From: Macrostomum hystrix
Lineage: Eukaryota > Animalia > Platyhelminthes
Assembly: GCA_950097015.1 (NCBI GenBank)
Contig: CATNEN010000035.1
Coordinates: 1,054,001 to 1,118,000, forward strand
Length of the DNA: 64,000 bases
Reading direction: 5' to 3'
Numbering within the stretch: the stretch's first letter is position 1; every line of letters starts with the position of its first letter. The notes under the pieces were generated by a model. The model was not told the origin of the DNA and did no database searches. It saw only the letters and a list, made by a program, of their open reading frames with translations. This document shows, piece by piece, positions 34,915-47,485 of this stretch. The position numbers and the translations under genes are program-made.

Positions 34915-37700
34915 TCATGTCCTCCACTGCACCAGCTGTTGTCCCTCCTGTCCTCCACTGCACCAGCTGTTGTCCCCTCCTGTCCTCCACTGCACCAGCT
35001 GTTGTCCCCTCCTGTCCTCAACTGCACCAGCTGTTGTCCCCTCCTGTCCTCCACTGCACCAGCTGTTGTCCCCTCCTGTCCTCCACTGCACCAGCTGTTG
35101 TCCCTCCTGTCCTCAACTGCACCAGCTGTTGTCCCTCCTGTCCTCCACTGCACCAGCTGTTGTCCCCTCCTGTCCTCCACTGCACCAGCTGTTGTCCCCT
35201 CCTGTCCTCCACTGCACCAGCTGTTGTCCCTCCTGTCCTTAACTGCACCAGCTGTTGTCCCTCCTGTCCTCCACTGCACCAGCTGTTGTCCCTCCTGTCC
35301 TCCACTGCACCAGCTGTTGTCCCTCCTGTCCTCCACTGCACCAGCTGTTGTCCCTCCTGTCCTCCACTGCACCAGCTGTTGTCCCTCCTGTCCTCCACTG
35401 CACCAGCTGTTGTCCCTCCTGTCCTCCACTGCACCAGCTGTTGTCCCTCCTGTCCTCCACTGCACCAGCTGTTGTCCCTCCTGTCCTTAACTGCACCAGC
35501 TGTTGTCCCTCCTGTCCTCCACTGCACCAGCTGTTGTCCCTCCTGTCCTTAACTGCACCAGCTGTTGTCCCTCCTGTCCTCCACTGCACCAGCTGTTGTC
35601 CCTCCTGTCCTTAACTGCACCAGCTGTTGTCCCTCCTGTCCTTAACTGCACCAGCTGTTGTCCCTCCTGTCCTTAACTGCACCAGCTGTTGTCCCTCCTG
35701 TCCTTAACTGCACCAGCTGTTGTCCCTCCTGTCCTTAACTGCACCAGCTGTTGTCCCCTCCTGTCCTCCACTGCACCAGCTGTTGTCCCTCCTGTCCTCC
35801 ACTGCACCAGCTGTTGTCCCTTCTGTCCTTAACTGCACCAGCTGTTGTCCCATCCTGTCCTCCACTGCACCAGCTGTTGTCCCATCCTGTCCTTTACTGC
35901 ACCAGCTGTTGTCCCATCCTGTCCTCCACTGCACCAGCTGTTGTCCCTCCTGTCCTTAACTGCACCAGCTGTTGTCCCATCCTGTCCTTAACTGCACCAG
36001 CTGTTGTCCCATCCTGTCCTCCACTCCACCAGCTGTTGTCCCATCCTGTCCTCCACTGCACCAGCTGTTGTCCCTCCTGTCCTCCACTGCACCAGCTGTT
36101 GTCCCATCCTGTCCTCCACTGCACCAGCTGTTGTCCCCTCCTGTCCTCCACTGCACCAGCTGTTGTCCCATCCTGTCCTTAACTGCACCAGCTGTTGTCC
36201 CATCCTGTCCTCCACTGCACCAGCTGTTGTCCCTCCTGTCCTCCACTGCACCAGCTGTTGTCCCTCCTGTCCTCAACTGCACCAGCTGTTGTCCCTCCTG
36301 TCCTTAACTGCACCAGCTGTTGTCCCATCCTGTCCTTAACTGCACCAGCTGTTGTCCCATCCTGTCCTCCACTGCACCAGCTGTTGTCCCTCCTGTCCTT
36401 AACTGCACCAGCTGTTGTCCCCTCCTGTCCTCCACTGCACCAGCTGTTGTCCCCTCCTGTCCTTAACTGCACCAGCTGTTGTCCCATCCTGTCCTTAACT
36501 GCACCAGCTGTTGTCCCATCCTGTCCTCCACTGCACCAGCTGTTGTCCCTCCTGTCCTTAACTGCACCAGCTGTTGTCCCTCCTGTCCTTAACTGCACCA
36601 GCTGTTGTCCCTCCTGTCCTTAACTGCACCAGCTGTTGTCCCTCCTGTCCTCCACTGCACCAGCTGTTGTCCCCTCCTGTCCTCCACTGCACCAGCTGTT
36701 GTCCCATCCTGTCCTCCACTGCACCAGCTGTTGTCCCTCCTGTCCTCCACTGCACCAGCTGTTGTCCCTCCTGTCCTTAACTGCACCAGCTGTTGTCCCT
36801 CCTGTCCTTAACTGCACCAGCTGTTGTCCCCTCCTGTCCTCCACTGCACCAGCTGTTGTCCCCTCCTGTCCTTAACTGCACCAGCTGTTGTCCCATCCTG
36901 TCCTCCACTGCACCAGCTGTTGTCCCTCCTGTCCTTAACTGCACCAGCTGTTGTCCCCTCCTGTCCTCCACTGCACCAGCTGTTGTCCCTCCTGTCCTCC
37001 ACTGCACCAGCTGTTGTCCCTTCCTGTCCTTAACTGCACCAGCTGTTGTCCCTCCTGTCCTTAACTGCACCAGCTGTTGTCCCTCCTGTCCTTAACTGCA
37101 CCAGCTGTTGTCCCCTCCTGTCCTCCACTGCACCAGCTGTTGTCCCCTCCTGTCCTCCACTGCACCAGCTGTTGTCCCATCCTGTCCTTAACTGCACCAG
37201 CTGTTGTCCCATCCTGTCCTCCACTGCACCAGCTGTTGTCCCTCCTGTCCTTAACTGCACCAGCTGTTGTCCCTCCTGTCCTTAACTGCACCAGCTGTTG
37301 TCCCTCCTGTCCTCCACTGCACCAGCTGTTGTCCCTCCTGTCCTCCACTGCACCAGCTGTTGTCCCCTCCTGTCCTCCACTGCACCAGCTGTTGTCCCAT
37401 CCTGTCCTTAACTGCACCAGCTGTTGTCCCTCCTGTCCTCCACTGCACCAGCTGTTGTCCCTCCTGTCCTCCACTGCACCAGCTGTTGTCCCTCCTGTCC
37501 TTAACTGCACCAGCTGTTGTCCCTCCTGTCCTTAACTGCACCAGCTGTTGTCCCTCCTGTCCTTAACTGCACCAGCTGTTGTCCCTCCTGTCCTCCACTG
37601 CACCAGCTGTTGTCCCTCCTGTCCTTAACTGCACCAGCTGTTGTCCCTCCTGTCCTTAACTGCACCAGCTGTTGTCCCTCCTGTCCTTAACTGCTCTAGC
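34915..37700. repeat. 31-32-bp minisatellite (CTCCTGTCCTCCACTGCACCAGCTGTTGTCC), about 88 copies
   Basis: Directly visible. It is the source of the dozens of Cys/Pro-rich ORFs in the track. Confidence 0.96.
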
Positions 37701-37964
37701 TGTTGTCCCCCCATTTCTCCACCGTTGTTTTTCGCATGTTTTCATCAAGGCAAAGCTATGGACTTGCCTTCTGTCTATTGTGAATGTTTAAACTAGAAAG
37801 GCATCAGTTAGTTCCTCAGTCGTGAACAAAACGTTTCGCAGTGAATAGTTTCTTTGGATTGCATAGCATCAAGTAGCCCTGCTGAGTGGCTTTCAAATGA
37901 CTCAAAATCAACCGTGCGTTGAAATTCTGAACATTTGAAAATATTTGAGAACATGACTACGCGC

Positions 37965-38545
37965 ATGTGCACAACTTCGAGCTCCTCATTGCTGGTGATG
38001 TGAACGCACACCACTCGCACTGGGGTAGTAAGAACATCAACGACCGCGGCTCCTTGCTTTCGTCGGCGGCACAAACCATAATTTCTGCAATGCCGAAAGC
38101 ACCCCAACTTTCGACAATGGCCGTTGGCCGGAGGTCCTCGACGTCACCCTCGCCTCCCCGGGCATCCTCGCCAGGATATCCGGCTGGAGAGTGTGGGGAG
38201 AAGAGGAGTCCCTCTCAGACCATCGCTTCATCAGCTTCGAGGTCGTTAATGCTACCCCGAAGAGAACTATCACCTGGAGCAGGAACGTCCGAAACACCGA
38301 CTGGACCAGGTTCGGCCTTGAGCTGAGCAGGGGCCTGCGTGACATCGGCACCCCAGGTGACATCACAAACTGCGACATAGCTGACGAGATAGCCTCCAAG
38401 CTTGGAGGCACGGTCATCGATGCCTATGAGGCGGCCTGTCCCCTCAAAGCCTATAAAGGCAAGAAATCTGCCCCCTGGTGGAACCCCGAGCTCGGAATCC
38501 TGAAACGACGAGCCAAGGTTCTCCAGAGGAGATTGCTAAAAAGGT
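37965..38545 (+). mobile_element. Decayed non-LTR retrotransposon fragment (apurinic-like endonuclease region)
   Basis: LLIAGDVNAHHSHWGS, then after frameshifts TPTF...EVLDVTL, SLSDHRFISF and KSAPWWNPEL. No reverse transcriptase domain is seen. Confidence 0.82.
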
Positions 38546-39526
38546 CACGTACAGCCGCATGGCCTTTGATTATTAATCGAAGCTCACAAGTCTGCTTCAT
38601 TGTTCGGGGCCTAATAACTAATTAGAACCTGGAGTGCGTCCAAAGACACTGGCCCTCATCGCCTGATACGTCCTCTCTTGTACCAGTCCAAAGGCTCGCT
38701 TCACTGCACACCTACTTGTGAAGCAAGCCTTGCACTAGAGTTTGCCACTCTCAGGAATTCTGAGGAAATGCGAACAAAAGAAGAAAAAAACTTATTCCAG
38801 ACTGTCTGCGACAGTCGAGCTTTTCATTCTAATTAATTTTGTTCATAGAAAAAAACGACGAATTTAGTAAAATCGACGGACGTTCAATTTTAGAACTACT
38901 TTATTTGATTGTTTTTGGTTTGCGGTGAGACTGGCTTCAATTCTTTTGTCCATGAAAGCCGTGTTGAGAAAAGACTGCTGGAAAAAACTAATACTTTGTT
39001 CTAAAAAGCACTCTAAAAGCGACGTAGAAAACGGAAAGCAAAAAGAATCAGGAAGCAACGCAGTTTACCTGTAAAGGAAGAATTTTGTGAGTGGAAACTT
39101 TCGTGCATTTTCTACCAGGAGGCATTGGAGACAATGAGCTTTAGTGATGTACAATCGGAGCTTTACGACTAGCGGCAACTTAAAATATACACTCTAGTAC
39201 TCGTAGCTTCAATATGCATTGAAAATCTCTCAGAAAATAGGCAAATATATCATCATAGAGCTTATAATCGTATATCAAAACAGTTCTAATCATATCGCCA
39301 ATACCTTCTGAACATCGCTCAATACATTTGTAATATACCTGCTGAAGATGACTCAATACCTGCTCAATATCACTGAATAGGATTACCTCAGGCACGCACA
39401 ATCAAATCTCAGGACTGTCTTACTATCAAGCATAGGCCTTTCGATTATCTTGCACTTCCGGTAAGCATCCTTATGATCGGCTGGGGATAAATTTAAATAT
39501 CGCAGCATCTAATTGCCTTGAGTAGG

Positions 39527-40239
39527 TCACTGCCTCGCGGCCCCGACCAATGGTAGAAACTTCTCGCTTTCTGGAATTGACGCCTCAACCCCGTCAATTC
39601 TCTTCTGCCCCTGTCGCCCTGGCGGCGCGTCGTCCATCGCCAGGTCATTGTCATTGTCATCGCCTGCTCTACCCTTGCCAGCCTCGTCATCTCTGGCGCC
39701 GCAGAATTTGCGTCGAATCGTGCGAACCAGCAGCCAGACCAGCAGCGGCAGCGGAGTGAAGGTCATGGCTGCCACGGGACCCACCAGGCTCAGGTCGGCA
39801 TCTGGCTGCGGCAGCGATGTCTGCAGCATGAGAATCGGCAGACCAGCATTCTGGATCATGGTCTCCAGGCCGATGGTGATGACGCGACGGTAGCTCTGGC
39901 AGGCGATCGCAGCCAGCAGGGAGCCGAAGATGAAGCCGAGGTAGGGCAGGCAGCAGCCGGCGAGGATCATGGAAGGCGTGAACAGCTTGAGGATGTACAT
40001 GTTAGCGTAGAAGCCGACGGTGAACATGAACAGGATGAAGCAGACGAGCAAAGGCTTCAGAACGCGCTTCAGAAATCGGCTCACTCGGGGCAGCCGTCGC
40101 TGAATGGCGAAGCCGATGGCAGTGGGCACCATGATCATGACCAGCGTGAGCAGGATGTTCCAATAGGGGATGCGGATGTTGATGTCACGCGATTTCAACA
40201 CCAGCTGGCCCAGTGTGAACATGTACATTGGAACCATGC
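39527..40239 (-). CDS. SLC10 Na+/bile-acid symporter family, exon 3
   Basis: GMVPMYMF, IPYWNILLTL, ITIGLETMIQN, LPQPDADL. CACAG acceptor, phase 1. Confidence 0.9.
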
Positions 40240-41479
40240 CTGTGGAGGATGAAATACGTTCAGAACCCCAGTCATGCAACATTGAACATTGACATGCACT
40301 TCAACCATGCGTGTAACTCTTGTAAGACGAAACCAGGACGCTGATTGGTCTTGAAAAAGCTGAAGGAACTTTCTAAATGTGCTGAAGCGTCTTATTGTCA
40401 GAAGAAATGTTCTGTCAGAGCGCTTATGTTAGACCTATGTCCTCGAAAATACGACACTTTGTCAACGGGCCTACTACAACAGAACTTATCACAGAATTTT
40501 GCACAGAAATTACAACATACTTTTAAATCTTGTGTCCTTTCGTATAGCTCATCGTATAAGCCTCATTCATAGAAAGAACCTGACTAGAACTAGATCTTTG
40601 CGAATTTATATATATAGAAATTCATTCAGATAAAAGTGTGATATTTGACAACATTCTAAATCTACGAAAATATTTATGACGGAAGTCTTATTTGGAAAAA
40701 CACTGAGTGAATAAAACTGTTACAAAAAAACAAAAAAAATATTGAAAAGATTGGCGCATTTTTAGCTGGCGAATTCGACATCTTGGAACAGTTTCTGTTG
40801 ATTCATATCAGTCACGTGACGCGATATATTTTTCGAGATAAAGCATAGGAAAACTCAACCAGCCAGAGTTTGAATGTTTACGAGCACTGCAAGCTCGTAA
40901 CTCTAAAATCCCTCCGCCGTCGCAGGAAGGACAAATTGCTCTGATTTCAACGGTCTTAGACTAAATGAGGCTACTTTGCAGAGGATTAACATATGAGATC
41001 CGGCCGTGATGTTGCAAGGTTGAGTACAGCCCGAGAAACAAGGGGGGACTCTTAGCTTTGGAGTAGCAATCTCTTTATGGGGATGACTGGATAAAACCAG
41101 TGTTGAATGTCGCAAGATCAACCATAATGAGTTTCAGGAGCTCGGGCTATCTATAGAACCACCGTTGAGCAGAAATTACTCACAAATCTACCTACTCATA
41201 TTCTGTTGAAAATCTGATTGACGATCGAACATCTGATGTGCAAGGCTCTAAGTATTGAATCTCTTTAACTTCGTTAATTGTGTCTACGAGTATTTTATTA
41301 CTGAAAATGAAATAAATAAATGGACGATCTTCCGTATGCAAATATATTTAAGCTAATCGGTTAAAACCGAAATGCTTCTAAGTCTTTAACTACTTTAAGT
41401 AGTTTAAAAGAGATTACTGAATGATTCTCGCCTAGAATTACGAGCTAATAAGAAGTATAATTATCTCACCCAGCCTCAC

Positions 41480-41651
41480 CCAGAGCTGCCACGGTGCTGA
41501 GCAGTGTCATGGTGATGCTCAGGGACACGTCTCCGCCAAGCAGCAGGCAGTAAAAGTTGCTGGCTCCACCGCCTGGCGCGCAGCCGATGCCGAAGTAGCC
41601 GAGCGCGGTGCTGGCTGGGATGTCAATCACTAGCAGTACGCAGAAGGAAAT
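41480..41651 (-). CDS. SLC10 family, exon 2
   Basis: GCAPGGGASN...GDVSLSITMTLLSTVAAL signature. Phases 0 and 1 fit the neighbouring exons. Not listed in the ORF track. Confidence 0.92.
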
Positions 41652-41929
41652 CTGGCCAGGATTGACACAAGGACTACTAAAGTAGAATAGCTAACTACTA
41701 GTGGTCCTTGGAGTGCCAGACACGCTCAAATCAGTAGTATAATAAAATATATGCGCTATACGAGTATGCCCTGGGTGTTAACAACCAGAAGAGGCACCGT
41801 GCTGATCTTCGCGCACCGGCCGACGAGAGCTCGCGTGTTTTTTCAGAGCTTTCTAACCTTCTTGCGTCCATCTAATCTACTTGTGGGAGTGCAGTGAGTC
41901 CTGAAGCTATATTTGGTCTGCACTATGCT

Positions 41930-42070
41930 CTGCTCATAGGCGTGAATTCCACGACAAACCACCCAGCCGTAGCTTTCTCTCCCGGGCTGCGCAAAGTTAA
42001 TGTATGTATAACCTCGCCGTGGATTCGAACTCAAGGACTTCGCTGTGAGAGTTGGACGCGTTACCCCAAT
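41930..42070 (-). mobile_element. SINE family A, diverged 5' part
   Basis: Minus-strand B box GAGTTCGAATCC followed by ACGGCGAGG. Diverged body. Confidence 0.6.
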
Positions 42071-42142
42071 CAACCATTCATTCTTCCCCCGGACAAGGTA
42101 TGACAGGAAAAATTTATAGCCCTATTTGCAATGACAGCGCTA

Positions 42143-42532
42143 AGGGGTCCGTGGCAGAGCTGTTGACGAGTTTGCCTAACATAACCAAGGTCTCCCTGAG
42201 CTCGATTCCGCGGCGAGGCCACATTTATTTACCGCCGCGGAGAGAAGGCTTGCGGGCTTGTCGTGAAATTTACGACCGTACAGAGGGCCAACCACCAAGG
42301 AACAGTGACGTGTACACTGCCTGAAGATGAGAAAGTCAGGGCAGATGTACACACCCTGTGTGAGCGTGAGCCTGTGTACTGTATATACACAAGTGTGTGT
42401 GTGTGTGTGTGAGTGTGTGCTCAGGAGTCAGCGGAATGGACAGAATAGCCTCCTCGCTGGCTGCAGTTCTAGTGTCACCAAATGATGTGCCATTGCCCGC
42501 AGCCCTCCTGTAATCGCTATTTATTTTTTTCT
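42143..42532 (+). mobile_element. SINE family A, full length with 12-bp TSD
   Basis: Aligns end to end with 61552-61920. Flanked by ATGACAGCGCTA and ATGCCAGCGCTA. Confidence 0.85.
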
Positions 42533-42762
42533 ATGCCAGCGCTACGTCCCGACGTTGCAAACGCAATTAATATATTTTTGCCAATCTTGATGACCAAATA
42601 GTTCTATATGATGCTATTAAAATATCCACTTCAAATTGAGGCGCGTGGGGTAGTCATTGTGCATGTGCATAGATTGCGAACTTACTAACTGCTAGTTTCA
42701 GGTAGTGTTTGGTTACGCCCAGATAGCTATCAGTTAAGGCAAGCTCGCGGACGCAAACTCAC

Positions 42763-43539
42763 CATCGGCATGAAGAGAAACTGCGACAACAGGCCGATGA
42801 GTGGCGCCACGGGCCTGCGCAGCACCTCCTTCACCACCGACATCTCGATCTCGCAGCCGATGCCGATGTTGGCTATCAGAACGAAGGCCCAAACCACGAT
42901 GCGGAAGGCTTTGTCGACTGCGCGCAGATACCGCACAACCGACAGGCGAAACTTGAATTCGGTCCCTTCGACGGTTGTCAGGACCAGTGCGCTTTCGTTG
43001 GTCGCGACATCCGATGTAGTCAGTCGAAGCTGCAGCTCCGAGCGACCCAGGAATAGGCCTCGCAGCTGAAGTTGATGACTGAGCTTAGGCTGCGGCAGGT
43101 CTTTCGTTGAATTCTCCGGAAGCTGCAACATTCTACGCACGTCCGGATGCGGCTGATGATTCCGACGAAGCGTCAGCGTCCAACTGTTCACTGGCAGGAT
43201 TTCGGCCACTTCGAGATCGGTCAACGAGAATGTTGCATTGAGATCTACTGGCGAGTCCAGAGTGTAGTCAAAGGTCAGGTTAACGGTTTGCTCCTCTACT
43301 ATGCCGTACAGATTGGGTCCGGGGAAAAAGTACAGAGTTAGGTTGGCTGTCAAGTCAGCCTGTTGGCGGCTGAAGTTGGACGACCGAAGCTGCATACTGT
43401 GCACCGAGAGCTGCATGATGGTCTTCTGCTCCTTGGCGAGGGAGAAGGCCTTGACTGTATTGCTGGTGCAGAGGAAAATGCTGCAAGTCGATAACAGCAA
43501 GCACAGATGCTGGCATAGAGTAGGCATATTCACAATCAT
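42763..43539 (-). CDS. SLC10 family, exon 1 (signal peptide, extracellular domain, first TMs; SLC10A3/A5-like layout)
   Basis: Hydrophobic N-terminus, IGIGCEI...VLRRPVAPLIGLLSQFLFMP, ATG|GTGAGT donor. The start is ATG 43539 or 43527. Confidence 0.88.
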
Positions 43540-43961
43540 AATGGCACTTTGGTGTGCTTTTGCAGGACTTTTTTAAAACCTAACCCGAACACTGTGTTTC
43601 AATCTCGGGAGGTTTTATATTGTAAAAATCAGAAGTAGGACACAAAGCAGCTAAATGTAAAATCTGTGGGGCGCGGTCTTATCGGTGCCTGCGCCTAGTT
43701 CACTAGCGATTGTGATCAGTAAATTGCGAGGACTTTCTTATCGGCCTTTGGAGAGCTTTGGAGACCTGTGAGACAAGACTAAATGCATGCTATATATGTG
43801 TTTTGATTTCTATATATAGTTGTTTCGCTGGATTTTACATGCCTGATCTGTTCATGTAGTATCTCTATGCTTCAATTGAGCAACGTAGCTCAATATAAAA
43901 AATATGAAATTAAGAAATTCAACAAATTGAGGGCGATTTAAGTCGGTTTGAGTGGTTGCCA

Positions 43962-44047
43962 GTATTTCGGTGCCCGCACTTTTCGGTACTAGGCATTTCG
44001 GTGCCCGGTCATGCTTTTCGGTACTTTTTTGCATTTCGGTTCCCATC
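43962..44047. repeat. Cluster of five TTTCGGT motifs, possibly one arm of a foldback/MITE
   Basis: Direct motif repeats. No partner arm was found. Confidence 0.4.
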
Positions 44048-46933
44048 CAGCGTGACAGTTATCTAGCTGTTTTTTATATTTAGAATAGTAGCAAATTGCG
44101 TATTTAGTCTAACATATTATATTGATTGCATGCTTGCAATATTACTTACACGAACAGTGGACTAGTGTACTCTGTACTCTGACTTATACAGCATAAAATG
44201 AAAATCGCAAAATGTACCGTCAAATGACTAAATGACCGTATTTGAGTCGCAAGTTCGCAACTAAAATGTGAACAAAAAACTATTTGCTGCACGATCTAAT
44301 TAATTTTGTATGATTTTCTTCGTTGCAAGATCTTTTTGAAATTATTAGACAGAGACAACACTAACTGGCTAAAAAGCGATTTCTTCCGCCTTGAAATTCC
44401 ATTTGTTCTAAATGCGTTTTACTGTTTTAACTATTGTTAATCATTATTTTTTAGTTATTAGTTATTAGTTATTTATTTAATGCATTCATCCACTCTTCTT
44501 TTTTATAAATGGGATTTTTCATCTATAAAAATAATTTGCGAAAGAAATATACCGCTAATCTAAAACATGACTCATACAAATAGATACATTATACATAATT
44601 ATTACATATACAGAATAGTAGAAACGTAGTAAAAATATATGAAATATATATTGTGTACAGAATGCAGTGCAATTCAGTGTCTCACCGATAAACAGATAAG
44701 AATTCCTGCCTTACTACCTGATCAGCGGCCGTTATGTAACTGACTGCTTAGATAAAAATAAGTCATGCACATTATAACAATAATTGTTCAACGCTTAAGT
44801 AAAGTTGAAATCAAACGACAAATAAAGCAGCGGGGAGTAAGCCACAGTATTTTAACTTAAGGAACTAAAAGGGGGATTTCTAACGATTTCTTTATGAACA
44901 TTCTATTGTGCACTTTACAAATAAAGAAATATGTCATCATATTATTGAATAGGATCATATGCACAAACTTCACAGCGCCGCGTGACTTCTACTTTTGTGT
45001 TTTACCATGGGCGGTATATACATATATTATAACAATCATATAGTAAAAATTTATCATGTTAAATATGAAATTTATTTTTTTGTGAAATACGTCTTACTTT
45101 TCACCTTGTAAAAGAGCATATGCAGATTACCAGCTATAATAAACGGGCCTACAACTTACTCAGCCTACTGACTACTGTAGTACTATCCTCCATCACTAAT
45201 TGTTTGAAATTTTATTTTATATAAAAATTAGCTTTTATTTTCGACTTAGACAAAAACTTACAAGTATTTGTGCTTTATATAAATTCAGCATTCTGATTGT
45301 ATGTATCCAATAGGCCTACATGTTAGCATAGCTAGGCCTCCTTATCTACTTCAAGTAGGCCCTATATTCATTGAGATAGCTATGTTCATAAGTTAAGTTC
45401 AGTTACTAAAATTAATTTTATAATGGCTTTATGTAATCTGTATTTATATATACATCAGACCTTGGGTCACTCAATAGTTATTCTGTCTTGACTTTTGGGG
45501 GGGGGCAAGTGGCAAAGCAAGAAAAAGTTTTTTTCTGAAATCTAATTATTAGCAGAAGTTCCAAAATCTAAATTTTATTAAATTGACTACTCATTGAAAA
45601 TTGTAAAATCATGTCTGCTTTAACTAATTTTTGTTTTGTTTTGAGAATGATTTCCATTGCTCCTAAGGTTTTCTGCAACATTTCTGCATATAGGCCCTTA
45701 TAAATTTTAGTGTTTTAAAGAAAAAATCACACATTTTAATCAAATCCATTCTCATTCATGTAATTCATGTTCTCAACCAGAAGTATTATGGAACCAATAG
45801 GCAGTTATTAGACAATAGTGGTGTTCCTACTCATGACAAAGCTATAGGAAGCTTATCTAATCCTTGGCCTACATAGCCAGGTGCTACACACCCCTATGAA
45901 TTGCCTTAAACTAGGCCTACTGTTTAGTCTTATAAAGCCTTATATAATCAAGCATTTTCAAGCCCAAAAACCTACTAAAACATAAATTCAACCCTCTAGT
46001 GGATATTTTTCATGCAACTATATATAATAGTGCATGATTTACATTGACATCTCATTCACATCAGAGTCATCACTAATGTCTACTGCAGTAAGTTCTAAAA
46101 ATGAACTTTTAGACTTGACTAGACTATGTATAAATAACACATTAAACATTTTACCAAAAAGGCACTCGTGGCCTGGAGCTGTACTTAAAAGCATTGACTC
46201 ATTCCAAAATGCACATGTATTGTTTTAATATAATTATTGATGAAATATATATTTAATATATTTAATATATTCCTAGTTATAAACAATAGATAATAATCTG
46301 TAAAATGCAGGCAAACTTTTTATGATTTCCTACTCAATATGTTTCTTTTAGTGTGCAAGATGCTATCCTCATAGATCCCTAATTCACTCTAATAGGTGAA
46401 CAATATGCTACATAGTAACTTGTAATTAATGTTAATTGGATGCAAATACAAAATTATGAGTACTTTTCCTTACCATGTCCTTATCAATAGTAGTTCATAA
46501 CCCAATGTTTAGGAGTTTAGGACTTGGAAAAACCACTGACATACAGGTATGGAGTTTTAATCAGCCTAAGGCTAGAGCAAACAACTTGTATCCTTGAACA
46601 CAGACCCCAAATTATCCATCGCTTTTGTTGAAGCTGTTGTTTAATTGGTACCAGCACTTGTTTGTGGTAGAAATTTAGTTGTTGCAGCCACCAGTCCATG
46701 GACTGAATATGTGTAAGCAAGGGCAATGCTGCTTGCACAATAGCTGCGGCTACGCCACTGGCAGTAGCAACATGTGGCCCAACTGTGCTAGTTGTTAATA
46801 CTGTTCTAGTTTTCATGGTCAAGATTCGTAATAACCAAGTCCTAGCTTGCTTTTTACATGGCCCATTGCATTGCAGCCAACTGTGAAATTGTAAAACGCA
46901 GCTTGGCGCCTCTCCCAGGATTAGACAGCCAGC

Positions 46934-47485
46934 ATGCTTCAGCAGCCCGACACGCCAGACGAAGAGGCTGAATCGCCCGAGGATGAGGTGAGCATTCCGC
47001 GCGCTGCGTTGAACAAGTTCATCAAAGAGGTGGCACCGGAGGCTCGGGTAACTAACGACGCCCGCGAGCTTCTGATCGCCTGCTGCAACGAGTTTATTCA
47101 CCGCCTAGCGACTGAGTCTAATCGGGTCTGCGGCCAGAGTAACAAGAAGACCATCAATCCTGACCACGTGCTGCAAGCATTGAACAGTCTGGGCCTAGCA
47201 GAGTACATTGGCGAGGCAGAGGAGGCAGGCCAAGGCGCTAAGCGGGAAGTTGTTGAAAGACGCAAGCAGACGGCGAGCTACAAGTTCAAGAACTCCGGCC
47301 TAAGCTACGAGGAGCTTCTCAGCTTGCAGACTGAAATGTTTGCCAAAGCTCAGGCCCAGATGCTGCAGGAGACTGACGCTGTGACGGAGGAGGACGCCAG
47401 GCAGTTGCAGGAGGCCGCCGCAATGGACGCCGCTGGCGGTGCAGCTGCCGCAGCCGGCGGCTCAGCAGACGACGACTACGATTGA
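46934..47485 (+). CDS. DR1: Dr1/NC2-beta histone-fold transcription repressor, intronless CDS
   Basis: IPRAALNKFIKE...RVTNDARELL..CCNEFIH...KKTINPDHVLQAL..LG...EELL..Q.EMFAKA. Confidence 0.95.
   Translation: MLQQPDTPDEEAESPEDEVSIPRAALNKFIKEVAPEARVTNDARELLIACCNEFIHRLATESNRVCGQSNKKTINPDHVLQALNSLGLAEYIGEAEEAGQGAKREVVERRKQTASYKFKNSGLSYEELLSLQTEMFAKAQAQMLQETDAVTEEDARQLQEAAAMDAAGGAAAAAGGSADDDYD

Noticed and set aside
34917-37566. Metallothionein- or keratin-associated-like Cys-rich ORFs
   Set aside because: The 31/32-bp units shift frame constantly, so these are repeat artefacts.
39180-39401. 73-aa minus-strand ORF downstream of the SLC10 stop
   Set aside because: It looks vaguely protein-like, but I recognise no motif and find no splice context.
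46517-47101. 194-aa ORF antisense to DR1
   Set aside because: It starts at a non-ATG codon, shows no recognisable domain, and is partly the shadow of the DR1 frame.
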